A stretch of DNA of 64,000 nucleotides from Eledone cirrhosa (GCA_964016885.1 OZ024759.1:36952001-37016000); one strand, 5' to 3'. Positions 30,434 to 44,651 are shown, counted from the first letter of the stretch. Notes: generated by a model from the sequence alone, not told the origin. Numbers and translations are program-made.

Positions 30434-30590
30434 ATATATGTGTATATATATATGTATGTATATATATATGTATGTATATATATATATGTATGTATATATA
30501 TATGTATGTATATATATATGTATGTATGTATATATATGTATATATATGTATATGTATGTATATATATATGTATGTATATATATATGTATG

Positions 30591-30621
<31 letters not shown>

Positions 30622-31020
30622 GTATATATATGTATATGTATGTATATATATATGTATATATATGTATATATGTATATATATATGTATGTGTTTGTGTGTG
30701 TGTGTATATGTATATATATATATGTATATATATATATGTATATATATGTATATATATATGTGTGTGTTTGTGTGTGTGTATATATATGCATATATGTATG
30801 TATATATGTATATATATGTATGTATATATGTATATATACGTATGTATATATATCGGCATGTATTTGTGTGTATATGTATGTATATCTGTATACGTAAATG
30901 TATATATATATATATATGTGTGTGTGTGTATAAATGTATGCATATGAGTATATATTTATATGTAAATGCATATATATATATATATATATATATGTATATG
31001 TGTGTGTGTGTGTGTGTATA
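26700..31020. repeat. (TA)n arrays punctuated by CTACATATAC(C/T) (27000-28845) and TG variants (29110-31020)
   Basis: Direct inspection. Confidence 0.97.
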
Positions 31021-31424
31021 TAACAATTTAGAATCATCTGTAGCAGTGTTGGTATTAACAATACTATTATTAAATTACTACCTTAACTACAACAACAACA
31101 AGAGTAACATCAATAACAACTATAGTAGTAATAATAATAATAATAATAATTTCAATAACAACAACAACAACCTCGATAGTAACAACAACAATAGTGATCA
31201 TTCGATTAAAGCTATAACAACAACAACAACAACAAGAGTAACAATAATAATAACAATAATAATAATAATAATAATAATAATGTTTGTACATAATAAAACA
31301 AGAATAAGAATGACAAGAAGAATGGGGAGACATACTGTGTGACCATCCAGCAGTGGTATATATTCCACTTCCGTCAAATATCATTATTACCTACAACGGC
31401 TACCACGACCATCGATACCAACAC

Positions 31425-32510
31425 CACCACCAACCCCATCATCTCTCTCTTTCGACACCACCAACCCCACCATCTCTCTCTTTCGACACCACCAACCCCA
31501 CCATCTCTCTCTTTCGACACCTCCAACCCCACCATCTCTCTCTTTCGACACCACCAACCCCACCATCTCTCTCTCTCGACACCACCAACACCACCGTCTC
31601 TCTCTCGACACACCAACCCCATCATCTCTCTCTCTCTCTCTCTCTCGACACCACCAACCCCACCATCTCTGTCTCTCGACACCACCAACACCACCATCTC
31701 TCTCTCTCGACACCACCAACACCACCGTCTCTCTCTCTCTCGACACCACCAACACCACCATCTCTCTCTCTCGACACCACCAACCCCACCATCTCTCTCT
31801 TTCGACACCACCAACCCCACCATCTCTCTCTTTCGACACCACCAACCCCACCATCTCTCTCTCTCGACACCACCAACACCACCATCTCTCTCTCTCGACA
31901 CCACCAACACCACCGTCTCTCTCTCTCGACACCACCAACACCACCATCTCTCTCTCTCGACACCACCAACACCACCAACACCACCGTCTCTCTCTCTCGA
32001 TACCACCAACACCACCATCTCTCTCTCTCGACACCACCAACACCACCAACACCACCGTCTCTCTCTCTCGATACCACCAACACCACCATCTCTCTCTCTC
32101 TCGATACCACCAACACCACCGTCTCTCTCTCTCGACACCACCAACACCACCATCTCTCTCTCTCGACACCACCAACACCACCGTCTCTCTCTCGACACCA
32201 CCAACCCACCGTCTCTCTCTCGACACCACCAACACCACCATCTCTCTCTCTCGACACCACCAACACCACCATCTCTCCTCTCTCGACACCTCCAACACCA
32301 CCGTCTCTCTCTCTCGACACCACCAACACCACCATCTCTCTCTCTCTCGACACCACCAACACCAGCGTCTCTCTCTCTCGACACCACCAACACCACCGTC
32401 TCTCTCTCTCTCGACACCACCAACCCCACCATCTCTCTCTCTCGACACCACCAACCCCACCATCTCTCTCTCTCGACACCACCAACACCACCATCTCTCT
32501 CTCGACATCA
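31425..32510. repeat. ~31-bp minisatellite (CT)n-CGACACCACCAAC(A/C)CCACC
   Basis: Period ~31 with variable (CT)n length. Confidence 0.95.
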
Positions 32511-32589
32511 CCACCACCGCCATCATTATCACCACCAACATCATCACAATAACCACTACTATGATTAATTACTGTCATTGCTCCTTACG

Positions 32590-33440
32590 GTAACACCACC
32601 ACCACTCACACCACTATCACCACCACCACCACACACACCATTATGACTACCACCACCACACACACCATTATCACTAACACCACCACCACCACCACCACTC
32701 ACACCATTATCACTACCACCACCACCACCACCACTCACACCATTATCACCACCACTCACACCATTATCACCACCACCACTCACACCATTATCACTACCAC
32801 CACCACCACCACTACTCACACCATTATCACCACCACCACCACTCACACCACTATCACTACCACCACCACCACCACCACTCACTCCATTATCACTACCACT
32901 CACGCCATTATCACCACCACTCACACCATTATCACTACCACCACCACCACCACTCACACCATTATCACCACCACCACTCACACCATTATCACTACCACCA
33001 CCACTCACACCATTATCACTACCACCACCACCACCACCACTCACACCATTATCACCACCACCACCACTCACACCACTATCACTATCACCACCACTCACTC
33101 CATTATCACTACCACCACCACCACCACTCACACCATTATCACCACTACCACCACTCACACCACTATCACTATCACTCACTCCATTATCACTACCACCACC
33201 ACCACCACTCACACAATTATCACCACCACCACCACTCACACCATTATCACTACCACCACCACCACCATCACCACTCACACCATTATCACCACCACTCACA
33301 CCATAACACCACCACCACCACCACCATCACCACCACCACCACCACCACCACCACCACTACCAACACTACCACAACTAGCACCACCACCACCACCACCACC
33401 ACCACTACCACAACTAGCACCACCACCACCACCACCACTT
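32590..33440. repeat. (CAC)n-based minisatellite CACTCACACCATTATCAC(TAC)
   Basis: Repeats differ by whole CAC triplets. Confidence 0.95.
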
Positions 33441-33496
33441 CCGCTGTCAATATCACCAGTTTTAGAAAATATTTAATAACAACAATAGCAATAATA

Positions 33497-33662
33497 TGCT
33501 TAGCAGCATAGAATTACGGCCCTTTACGTTCTGCGTTCAAATCCCACAGAGGTTAGCTTTGCTTTTCATTCTTATGGTGTCGATAAAATAAAGTACCAGT
33601 TACACACATGGGTCGTTTTATACGACTTCCCCAAAATTGGTGGCCTTGTGCTTAAATCATTA
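33497..33662 (+). mobile_element. SINE S1
   Basis: GTTCAAATCCCACAGAGGTTAGCTTTGC...TCGATAAAATAAAGTACCAGT. Confidence 0.75.
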
Positions 33663-33784
33663 TCACACACACACACAAACACAAACACAAACACACACAC
33701 TCTCTCTCACACACTCTCACTCACACACACACTCACACACTCACGCACTCCTACACACACTCTTTATATGCAGGACTACTTTTG

Positions 33785-34080
33785 CGTTGGTCTCTAGTTG
33801 ACCAATGCTTTACGAATGAATATTGGTAGACCGAAACATTGCAGAAGTCCATCGTCTGTCTGTCTCTCTTTACTCTTTGTCCCCCTCTCTCTCTCTCTCT
33901 GTTTGTATTCATGTTGACACCGCTTAACAACCGGTGCTCTTTGTTTGTGTTCTGTGAATTACCATTCGACACAAAATATGACCCAAATTCAAAAGAATTA
34001 AAACCTGGTGTTGATATAGTAGAATAAATCAAGGTAGTGCTCCTGCATGGCCAAAGTCTAATGGCTGAAACTTAAGGCAG
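33785..34080 (+). mobile_element. Decayed SINE body and 3' end that seeds the 80-bp satellite
   Basis: Ends in GGTAGTGCTCCTGCATGGCCAAAGTCTAATGGCTGAAAC. An independent dispersed copy of this tail lies at ~51205-51262 (GGTGCCCCAGCATGGCCTCAGTC). Confidence 0.6.
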
Positions 34081-35648
34081 TGCCCCAGTATGGCCACAGT
34101 CTAATGACTGACACCAGTAAAACAGTACTGTGGTTGATATGGTAGACTATATCAAGGTAGTGCCCCAGTATGGCCACAGTCTAATGACTGACACCAGTAA
34201 AACAGTACTGTGGTTGATATGGTAGACTATATCAAGGTAGTGCCCCAGTATGGCCACAGTCTAATGACTGACACCAGTAAAACAGTACTGTGGTTGATAT
34301 GGTAGACTATATCAAGGTAGTGCCCCAGTATGGCCACAGTCTAATGACTGACACCAGTAAAACAGTACTGTGGTTGATAAGGTAGACTATATCAAGGTAG
34401 TGCCCCAGTATGGCCACAGTCTAATGACTGACACCAGTAAAACAGTACTGTGGTTGATATGGTAGACTATATCAAGGTAGTGCCCCAGTATGGCCACAGT
34501 CTAATGACTGACACCAGTAAAACAGTACTGTGGTTGATATGGTAGACTATATCAAGGTAGTGCCCCAGTATGGCCACAGTCTAATGACTGACACCAGTAA
34601 AACAGTACTGTGGTTGATATGGTAGACTATATCAAGGCAGTGCCCCAGTATGGCCACAGTCTAATGACTGACACCAGTAAAACAGTACTGTGGTTGATAT
34701 GGTAGACTATATCAAGGTAGTGCCCCAGTATGGCCACAGTCTAATGACTGACACCAGTAAAACAATACTGTGGTTGATATGGTAGACTATATCAAGGTAG
34801 TGCCCCAGTATGGCCACAGTCTATTGACTGACACCAGTAAAACAATACTGTGGTTGATATGGTAGACTATATCAAGGTAGTGCCCCAGTATGGCCACAGT
34901 CTAATGACTGACACCAGTAAAACAGTACTGTGGTTGATATGGTAGACTATATCAAGGTAGTGCCCCAGTATGGCCACAGTCTAATGACTGACACCAGTAA
35001 AACAGTACTGTGGTTGATATGGTAGACTATATCAAGGTAGTGCCCCAGTATGGCCACAGTCTATTGACTGACACCAGTAAAACAGTACTGTGGTTGATAT
35101 GGTAGACTATATCAAGGTAGTGCCCCAGTATGGCCACAGTCTATTGACTGACACCAGTAAAACAGTACTGTGGTTGATATGGTAGACTATATCAAGGTAG
35201 TGCCCCAGTATGGCCACAGTCTAATGACTGACACCAGTAAAACAATACTGTGGTTGATATGGTAGACTATATCAAGGTAGTGCCCTAGTATGGCCACAGT
35301 CTATTGACTGACACCAGTAAAACAATACTGTGGTTGATATGGTAGACTATATCAAGGTAGTGCCCCAGTATGGCCACAGTCTATTGACTGACACCAGTAA
35401 AACAGTACTGTGGTTGATATGGTAGACTATATCAAGGTAGTGCCCTAGTATGGCCACAGTCTATTGACTGACACCAGTAAAACAGTACTGTGGTTGATAT
35501 GGTAGACTATATCAAGGTAGTGCCCCAGTATGGCCACAGTCTATTGACTGACACCAGTAAAACAGTACTGTGGTTGATATGGTAGACTATATCAAGGTAG
35601 TGCCCCAGTATGGCCACAGTCTATTGACTGACACCAGTAAAACAATAC
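34075..35648. repeat. 80-bp tandem satellite, ~19.6 near-identical copies
   Basis: TGCCCCAGTATGGCCACAGTCTA(A/T)TGACTGACACCAGTAAAACA(G/A)TACTGTGGTTGATATGGTAGACTATATCAAGGTAG; exact 80-bp period from 34081 to 35601. Confidence 0.98.
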
Positions 35649-35961
35649 TAGAAAAAAGTTGTGTGTTTGGGAAAATGGGTTGGGGGTTGTTTTAGAAAAA
35701 AATATCCTATATGTGTGTATGTATGTATGTATGTATGTATGTATGTATGTGTGTATATATATGTATCTGTGTTTGTGTGTATATCTGTATGTGTATGTAT
35801 GTATATATACGCAGGCACCTACGTATATATCCACAACATTGACACAGTAAAACCCATTTAACGATTAACATAAACGAAACCACAACACAAACGTGGAAGT
35901 CTTTACGGTGTTACCCCTCATGCTAGAAATAGCAGCCAAATCCCTTAACCTTTTATTTGAT

Positions 35962-36107
35962 TAATGGTTTCTGATTTAGGCACAAGGGCAGCAATTTTGG
36001 AGGAGGGTCAAGTTGATTATAATAACTTCCATTGTATTACAGGTACTTTATTTTATCGACCCCGTTAGGACGAAAAGCAATGGCTAACCTCGGCGGGATT
36101 TGAACCC
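35962..36107 (-). mobile_element. SINE S1
   Basis: GGTACTTTATTTTATCGACCCCG...AACCTCGGCGGGATTTGAAC. Confidence 0.75.
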
Positions 36108-36264
36108 TTGGTTCCTAATAATAAAAATAACACGTTACAAACACACGAAAAATTCTGATATACCAGGGCAGGAAATCAATAAAAACTAAGGCGGCATGGT
36201 CATGGCTGGAGCGTCTTTTGTTTTAATTAGGTGTGATGAGGGTCGGGTGCGTGTGTTGTGTGCT

Positions 36265-36625
36265 AAACAACAACACTACAAACACATCTCACAACAAACA
36301 CATCTCACAACAAACTCTACACAGCAACAAACTCTACACAACAAACACATCTAACAACAAACTCTACACAACACATCTAACAACAAACACATCTAACATC
36401 TAACAACAAACACATCTAACAACAAACACATCTAACAACAAACACATCTAACAACAAACTCTACACAACACATCTAACAACAAACACATCTAACAACAAA
36501 CTCTACACAACACATCTAACAACAAACTCTACACAACAACAAACTCTACACAACAACAAACTCTACACAACAACAAACTCTACACAACAACAAACACATC
36601 TAACAACAAACTCTACACAACAATA
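36265..36625. repeat. AAC-rich minisatellite (AACAACAAACACATCT / AACAACAAACTCTACAC)
   Basis: Direct inspection. Confidence 0.9.
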
Positions 36626-37159
36626 ATTTAACGGAGGAGAAACGGGCCTCAAATGTAGTAAAAGTAAGGAAATAAAGACCCTAGTGTGGTGGTCACAGCT
36701 GGAGCGCTGCGCTAGGGACTTACATCAGGTCTTGAATAATTAGGGTTGACCTGCGGTTAAACGACAATGAATAAATTATATTAATTATATAAGAAACACT
36801 GTCGAAACTTCTAAGTCACTAACTATTACATTTTATATCTTTCGTAAAGTAAAACTTACGACCTTGTCAGACGTATTGAGTCCTCAATTAGATCATATTT
36901 GACCATTCAACGTGCGTACACACACACACACATGCACACACACATACACACATACACACACACATACACACACATACATACACACACACACACGATCACA
37001 TGTACATACACATACACATACACACACATACACAAGCACACACACGCATACACGATCACACACATACACGCGCATACACACACTCACACACACGATCACT
37101 CACACACACATATATGTATAAATATATATATTTAAGTATGGATATGCACACATTTTTTA

Positions 37160-37190
<31 letters not shown>

Positions 37191-37629
37191 GTGCATGTAT
37201 ATATATATATATATATGTGTGTATATATATATATATGTATGTATATATACGCACACACACAAGTGTGTATGTGTGTATATATATATAGATATATAGAAGT
37301 ATGTATAATAATATATATATACATATCTGTAGATAGACGCTGGTCATAGGTTCCTAACTAACCCCTCCTTCCTCTCTCTCACTCTCTCTCTCTCTCTCTC
37401 ATCTGCTACTGCTGCTCTTTTCTCTACTCTTACCCTTCCTCCTTTTATTACTTCATTACCTCCTCCTCCCTCCCTCATGGTCGCCGCCATCACCATCAGC
37501 CAGCCGTTATCAGCTTCACGCTATATATATATATGTATATATATATGTATATATATACATATATATATATGTATATATATATTCCTCTCACTATCTCACT
37601 ATATAAATCTTTCTTTCTCTCCCTTCTTC

Positions 37630-37664
<35 letters not shown>

Positions 37665-38463
37665 GCCTATCATGAATTGCCTCCCCCTTTCACAGCCATT
37701 CATCAACTCTCACTCACTCTCACCTCCTCATCCTTACCCCTATCATATTCTCCTCCCCCTCCCATAAACACCACCAACAAACCAGCCAACCAGTCAGGCA
37801 GTCAGCATCCTTTATAATCGCTCTCTCTCCCCCCTCTTTCTCCCACTCTCTCTCTCTCTCTCCCTCTTTCTCCCACTCTCTCTCTCTCAGCCTAACTTTC
37901 GTTTCTCCCTTCTTCATTCGTCATACACGCACACACACTCTTTCTGTCTCTCTCACACACACACACTCACTCTCTCTCTCTATTTCCTCACACCATTACT
38001 ACCATTTCTGCTACCACCACATCACTACCACCACCACCACCACCACATCATCACCATCACCATCATCATCATCCTCTACTTTCAGATTCTCTAACTTAAA
38101 ACAACATAGTCGCTTGGTTCGGTCACACTCTCTCTCTCTCTCTCTCTCTATTTCCTCACACCACCACTACCATATCTGCTACCACCACACGACGACGACC
38201 ACCACCACCACCACCAACACCACCACCGTCATCGCCTCTACTTTCAGAATCACTAAGTTAAAACAACATAGTTGCTTGGCTGGGTCTCTTCCTACACACA
38301 CAGAGAGACCATCATTCTATACCACTGAGGCTTGGCTGGAACAGATCGACATGCCAACGGATCACAGTTCGATTCCCAAGCAATCCACTACTACCACCAC
38401 TGCCACCACTACTACTACTGCCACTACTACTACTATTACTAGACACACTTGAGAGAAAAAAAA

Positions 38464-38524
<61 letters not shown>

Positions 38525-39065
38525 CACATACACACACATATATATATATATACACACACACATATATATATACACACACACACATATATATATATATACA
38601 CACATATTCATACATATATATATATACATATATATACTCACACACGTCGCCGTCAAAATAAGCCCACCCACCCTTCCCCACCATTTCATTATTGTCATTA
38701 GCAGCAGCAGTTGATTAGCAACATCGTTAGTAACATCACTATAGCTTCTCCGTAAACTCACAACACAAGCACGCGCGCACACATACACACACGCGCGCTC
38801 ATATATATATATATATATATATATTTATTTATATATATATATATATATTTATTTATTTATATATATATATATATATTTATTTATATATATATATATATAT
38901 ATTTATTTATATATATATATATATGTATATACATATATATACATACACACACACGCGCGCACGTATACACATACACGAGCGAGCGTGTATACATATATAA
39001 CCAGCCACCCGTAATACACTCGACATCTAGATCTGTCTATCTATATACCTATATACCTACATACA

Positions 39066-39101
<36 letters not shown>

Positions 39102-39162
39102 TCGACCACAATCAAAATATATAGCAACCTATTCCATCCACGCGTTCTCTCTCTCTCTCTAT

Positions 39163-39220
<58 letters not shown>

Positions 39221-39896
39221 GCTAAATAATTGTTTCTACATTTGGCACAAGGCCAGCAATACACCAGTACATCACTGGTACTTTATATATGCCAAATAAT
39301 ATAATTGAAACACAAGTCACACACACACACATATCAATGTGTGTGTGTGTATATATATAGATGTATATACACATATATGTTTGTGCATATACATTCATAT
39401 CCATATCGTCATTGCTTCCATCATCATCACCAACATCATTCTTATCATCAAAACTATCATCGCTATTATCATCATCGTCGCCACCATCGCCACCATCGCC
39501 ACCATCATCATCATCTATACCCCGACCTCACACGCGCCACCACGACCACAAACACCGCCATCTCCACAAACACACAACACAGGAAGCTTAGGAATTTTTA
39601 AACTGCCGACATACCCACCTCCCACTTCCTTAGTCTTTCTATCTGTCTCTCTCTCTCTCTCAACCACCCTCTCACTTCCTTCTTTGCTCCTCCTCCTTCC
39701 CCCCTCACTTTTAACCTCTCTCTCTCACACATCTTGAGTTACCCACTTCTATTTATTTTCGGGATCAAAGGAAATATATACACACATTTATATTATACAC
39801 ATAAATTTATATATACATATATATAAAGGATATATATATACATATATATAGAATATATATACATATATATATAGAATATATATACATATATATATA

Positions 39897-39931
<35 letters not shown>

Positions 39932-39976
39932 CATATATATAGAAAGGATATATATACATATATATAAAGAATATAT

Positions 39977-40029
<53 letters not shown>

Positions 40030-40103
40030 CACCATGTGAAAAATAAAATATACTGACCTGGAGATTTTAACAGCAACAACAAGATCAGGAAGGCGATCAA
40101 CAA

Positions 40104-40139
<36 letters not shown>

Positions 40140-41596
40140 GAACTGCTCCAACAACTGAAAGAACAACAACAACAAGAACAGCAGCAGCAGTAACAACAAC
40201 AACAGTACCAGCAGCAGAAGCTTCTTGTGAAACAGCGAAAGAACAGCACCAAAAACAAACGAAAAAAACAAACAAACAAACAACAAACAATTTCGCAAGA
40301 AGAAGAAGAACAACAACAACAGCATCAGCAACTGTATCAACAACAACAACAACCATATGAAGAATCACAACAGCAAGAACTCGTTACTTTGGTGACTTGT
40401 TCTTATTTTTTCATCGACTTCGTTGGAATATCCTGTGGATGCTAAAAGACACAAATACACTCATCTCTATATATATATATACATACATATATATACACAT
40501 ATATATATATATACACACGTAATTTCCACACAACTCTATCTCTATATATATATATCTACATATATAAAACACATATATAATGTACATAATAACAAGATAT
40601 ATATAATATCGTTACATATCTATATCTATATCTCTATATATTTATATTTATTTGTACAAAGTCACCCCACCACTTAACAGAGACGACAGCAATATTGTGT
40701 TGTTGTCAATTTATATCTTTCTTCTCATCTTTACATCGTTTTATTTTCACTTTGTGGGAATGTGAAAAACGTAAACACAAACCCACCACAAAACGAAAAA
40801 AAAACATAATAAGCTTCTATTCACAATTTTCGCTAATTCCTTATATTATTTACATTATATTATATATACAAACCAACACGCACACGTATATATATACATA
40901 CATATATATACGTTATATGCTAACAAAATAGATACATTTATAAATAAATACATATGTATATATAAGTTATACCTACATATGTGTAATAATTAACAGGAAA
41001 AATAGCTCAGCTATGTCACAATAACAAAAAGAAGTGATATACAACGTCTCTACCCCACACACCCACCAATAGCAATATATATACATATACACACATATAT
41101 TTATATATATGTGTGTGTATATGTATATTATATGTCATATGTTTCACTGGTGCTGGAGTTTCGCAGATTCAAAAGCTAATTTGTCCAGTCATATAAATAT
41201 ATCATAATTAATTTATATGATATATATGATATATATGATATATATGATATATATATATATATATAACGACAATAACTGCTGTTCACAACAACAATAATTG
41301 TTATAATAATTATAAAAGTAATGATGGAAAATATATTACAAATTATAAATTTGCTCAACTGATCAAAAATTCTGAAATATTAAACAAATACAAATGAGAC
41401 GAAGCCACAACAACAACAACAACAACAACCACAACCACAACACATTATCAACCATCAAAATCAAGATTGCTTAATATATATATATTAAAAAATATATAAG
41501 TCATATTCAGTTTCACACATATATACATACATACGTACCTATATATTCGTATATATATACACATATATATATATATATATATACATATATATATAC

Positions 41597-41689
<93 letters not shown>

Positions 41690-42129
41690 TTCATTTATAT
41701 ATATATTTATATATAGTGACACACACATATATATATAGGCACACACACACATATATGTGTGTGTGTGTACATATGTATATGCATACACATACATACACAC
41801 ATGTTTGACAAAATATAAAAAAAAATGAAATATATATTAAAAGCATGATAAATGCGAATTTCAGAAAGAAGGAGTGATAAAGGATACGTCAGAAAAGAAA
41901 AAAAGGGTATATATATGTATAATTATATATATACATAATTATATATAATTATATATATATATATAAACACACCCACATTAATTTTTTTTTTTTTTAATCA
42001 GTTTTCTGTTGGTGATTTCCGTGTGTGAAATCCCAAATTGTGGTGGTGTGTAGAGATTTTAACGAAAGGGTCAGCGAAAATCCGGGAAAATTCTCACCAA
42101 ACAGCCCACGTCTGCCACCCCTCTCTTTT

Positions 42130-42153
42130 ATGAGCAGGGCGCTGACATTTTAA
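42130..42153 (+). promoter_or_regulatory. 7-codon upstream ORF (MSRALTF*) whose TAA overlaps the COE start codon (TAATG)
   Basis: ATG AGC AGG GCG CTG ACA TTT TAA at 42130-42153; the last A of TAA is the A of the COE ATG. Confidence 0.6.
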
Positions 42154-42289
42154 TGTTCACCCTCCAGGACACTGTGCAGAGGCGAGTGTCTGTCCAGTTA
42201 CCACCGATGAAAGAGGAACCTCTCTCTGGACATTTACCTCCAGCAAGAAACTGGATGCAACCTACGGTGGTTGACCATGGCGCAGGCAG
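42153..42289 (+). CDS. coe: COE/EBF (Collier/Olf-1/EBF) transcription factor, first coding exon (partial gene)
   Basis: Translates as MFTLQDTVQRRVSVQLPPMKEEPLSGHLPPARNWMQPTVVDHGAG(S), matching the EBF1-type N-terminus (MFGIQESIQR...MKEEPLG...RTWMQ...LD...S). Ends at a phase-2 donor GGCAG|GTAGGA, the position just before the GVGLARAHFEKQPP exon. A likely acceptor (T)14AATCAG| at 42001 gives exon 42002-42289. No downstream exon recognised in the window. Confidence 0.9.
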
Positions 42290-42473
42290 GTAGGATACCT
42301 TTTTTATATATTATATTATATCATATTAATAATAACATATTATAACATATTATAACATATTACAACATATTATAACATTGATATGAAACCAATATTTTTC
42401 TCAGTTCTGAACCAGTCATGTAATTCAATGTCTAGATACATTTACCTCCATGTGGTGTGTTTGTGTTTGTATT

Positions 42474-42518
<45 letters not shown>

Positions 42519-42648
42519 ATGAATGTATGTATGTATGTATATGTATATATGTATATATATATTTATTTTGCAAGGGTTCTTATCTGAAAAGGTGTGTTGA
42601 AACAGATTTCTGTGTGGGAAATTCTGGTGGTATGTTGAGATTTTAATG

Positions 42649-42695
<47 letters not shown>

Positions 42696-42971
42696 TATAT
42701 ATATATATATATATATGCAATCACACACATGTACGTATATATATATATATGCAATCACACACATGTACGTATATATATATATATGCAATCACACACATGT
42801 ACGTATATATATATGTATGCAATCACACACATGTACGTATATATATATATATATGCAATCACACACATGTACGTATATATGTACATATGTATACATTTTT
42901 TTTATTATCTGACTTTAATGAACATATATATATTCTTTAACGATTCTGACACTAACAGAGTTATATATACA

Positions 42972-43018
<47 letters not shown>

Positions 43019-43209
43019 GTGTGTGTATATACACTCAGTGACAGAGAATATGGGTCCTTTCGTGTCGACGGGATTAGTGGAAAGTGTTTACATTTTATTC
43101 ATTTCACAGCGAGGGTTCTACATTAAGTTTACCTTAAATCCTCTAATACACGTTTTTTTCTAGCATCAATACACACACATATATATACACATATATACAT
43201 ATATATATG

Positions 43210-43266
<57 letters not shown>

Positions 43267-43397
43267 CACATATATGTGTTTGATAGATATAGCTAATTTG
43301 TCCGGAAAGATGAGTTATTGTGCACAAGGACCAACATACCAGAATACCAGTCTCTAAGTTATTTCATTTGTAATTCGATAAATCAACAATCCGACAA

Positions 43398-43444
<47 letters not shown>

Positions 43445-43472
43445 ATAAACAACATAAGATAATTATTTCATT

Positions 43473-43516
<44 letters not shown>

Positions 43517-43865
43517 TAAATGAAATAATTATCTTATGTTGTTTATTACATATATATATATATATACATGCACAGACACATACATGCATAGGTGTGGGTT
43601 TTGTATAATTTTATATTTATTTAATGATGTTTTTTTTTTTTGGTGGGACACTTGACTGTGACTTCCAGTTTTTGCCTGTCTCGGGGTATATAAAACAGTT
43701 TGAACATACCGCGATACACATGTATAGAAGTGACAGCCACCACCCTCGTATATATTAATGTATATATAACCACTTTCACTCTATATCTGCTATTGAGATC
43801 TTTCTATAGTAAACATTGGGGCTTCTGTTGTTAATTATCCCGACAGGTTAATACACACACACACA

Positions 43866-43900
<35 letters not shown>

Positions 43901-43901
43901 G

Positions 43902-44103
43902 TTTTAATATAGATGAGATTCTGCAGGACTAGAACTGTTTCATTCTTGAGAAATCATCATTCTTGAGAAATTCATCAAGAATGATTTCTCAAGAATGAAA
44001 CAGTTCTAGTCCTGTAGAATCTCATCTATATTAAATCTTTTATACTCTGCTATGTATTGAGTACCTTACTTACTGTGATTACCTCCGATTCAACCCGGAA
44101 TAA
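43902..44103. mobile_element. Family B element, inverted pair with duplicated junction
   Basis: Inverted head 43902-43980 then plus copy to ...AACCCGGAATAA; the plus-strand core is broken at the junction. Confidence 0.8.
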
Positions 44104-44120
44104 CTTACCTATATATAATA

Positions 44121-44301
44121 TAACGAAGGAAGTGTGGTAAGATAACAGGTGGACCAAAACGCACCAGAGTACTCGATGGTTAAGGTAGTAGAGTGGGTAA
44201 TAGGAAAAGAGTCAGGACCCCGACGGGTGAGCGCCGGCCGTTTTGACAGCTTGAACCGGATCTAGCTGTCGAAAAGGCCAGAGCTCAGCCGTCGGGGTCC
44301 T
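44121..44301. mobile_element. Family C element, inverted pair
   Basis: Full minus copy 44121-44251 and plus head 44258-44301. Confidence 0.75.
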
Positions 44302-44317
44302 CATTATTTTCATATAT

Positions 44318-44440
44318 ACGGTCTGAGTTCAAATCCCGCCGAGGTTAACTTTGCCTTTCATTCTTATGGGGTCGATAAAATAAAGTACCAGTAATACACT
44401 GGGGTAATTGCTGGCCTTGTGTTAAAAGTAGAAACATTTA
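44318..44440 (+). mobile_element. SINE S1, 5'-truncated
   Basis: Near-consensus B box and body. More fragments at 39225-39286 (-), 58692-58778 (-) and 63930-63997 (-). Confidence 0.8.
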
Positions 44441-44525
44441 TTTATTTCTGTTCATATCTCCAGAAAACAAGAAGAACCAAAATAGTGGCCTTTCTTCAGG
44501 TGGTAATACGATTTTACGAATATTG

Positions 44526-44579
<54 letters not shown>

Positions 44580-44603
44580 ACACAGACACACACACACACA
44601 CAT

Positions 44604-44651
<48 letters not shown>

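Noticed and set aside
31339-32578. Several 300-400 aa ORFs
   Set aside because: Translations of the ~31-bp minisatellite, open in most frames.
32565-33476. Gly/Ser-rich (SGGGGSDNGV) and Thr-rich mucin-like ORFs
   Set aside because: The (CAC)n-based minisatellite keeps frames open on both strands; there are no splice signals or non-repetitive domain.
34075-35648. 80-bp array as a CRISPR array or tandem hammerhead (retrozyme) array
   Set aside because: There are no unique spacers and no cas genes. The HHR-like look (CTAATGA-CTG acac CAG-TAAAAC-AGTACT-GTG) breaks three essential core positions (G5, G12 and a G at the cleavage site) and lacks stem I.
39807-40352. Poly-Leu or poly-Val signal-peptide exon, or poly-Q protein
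   Set aside because: Low-complexity triplet sequence is open in several frames and no recognisable domain follows; kept only as a low-interest splice-site observation.
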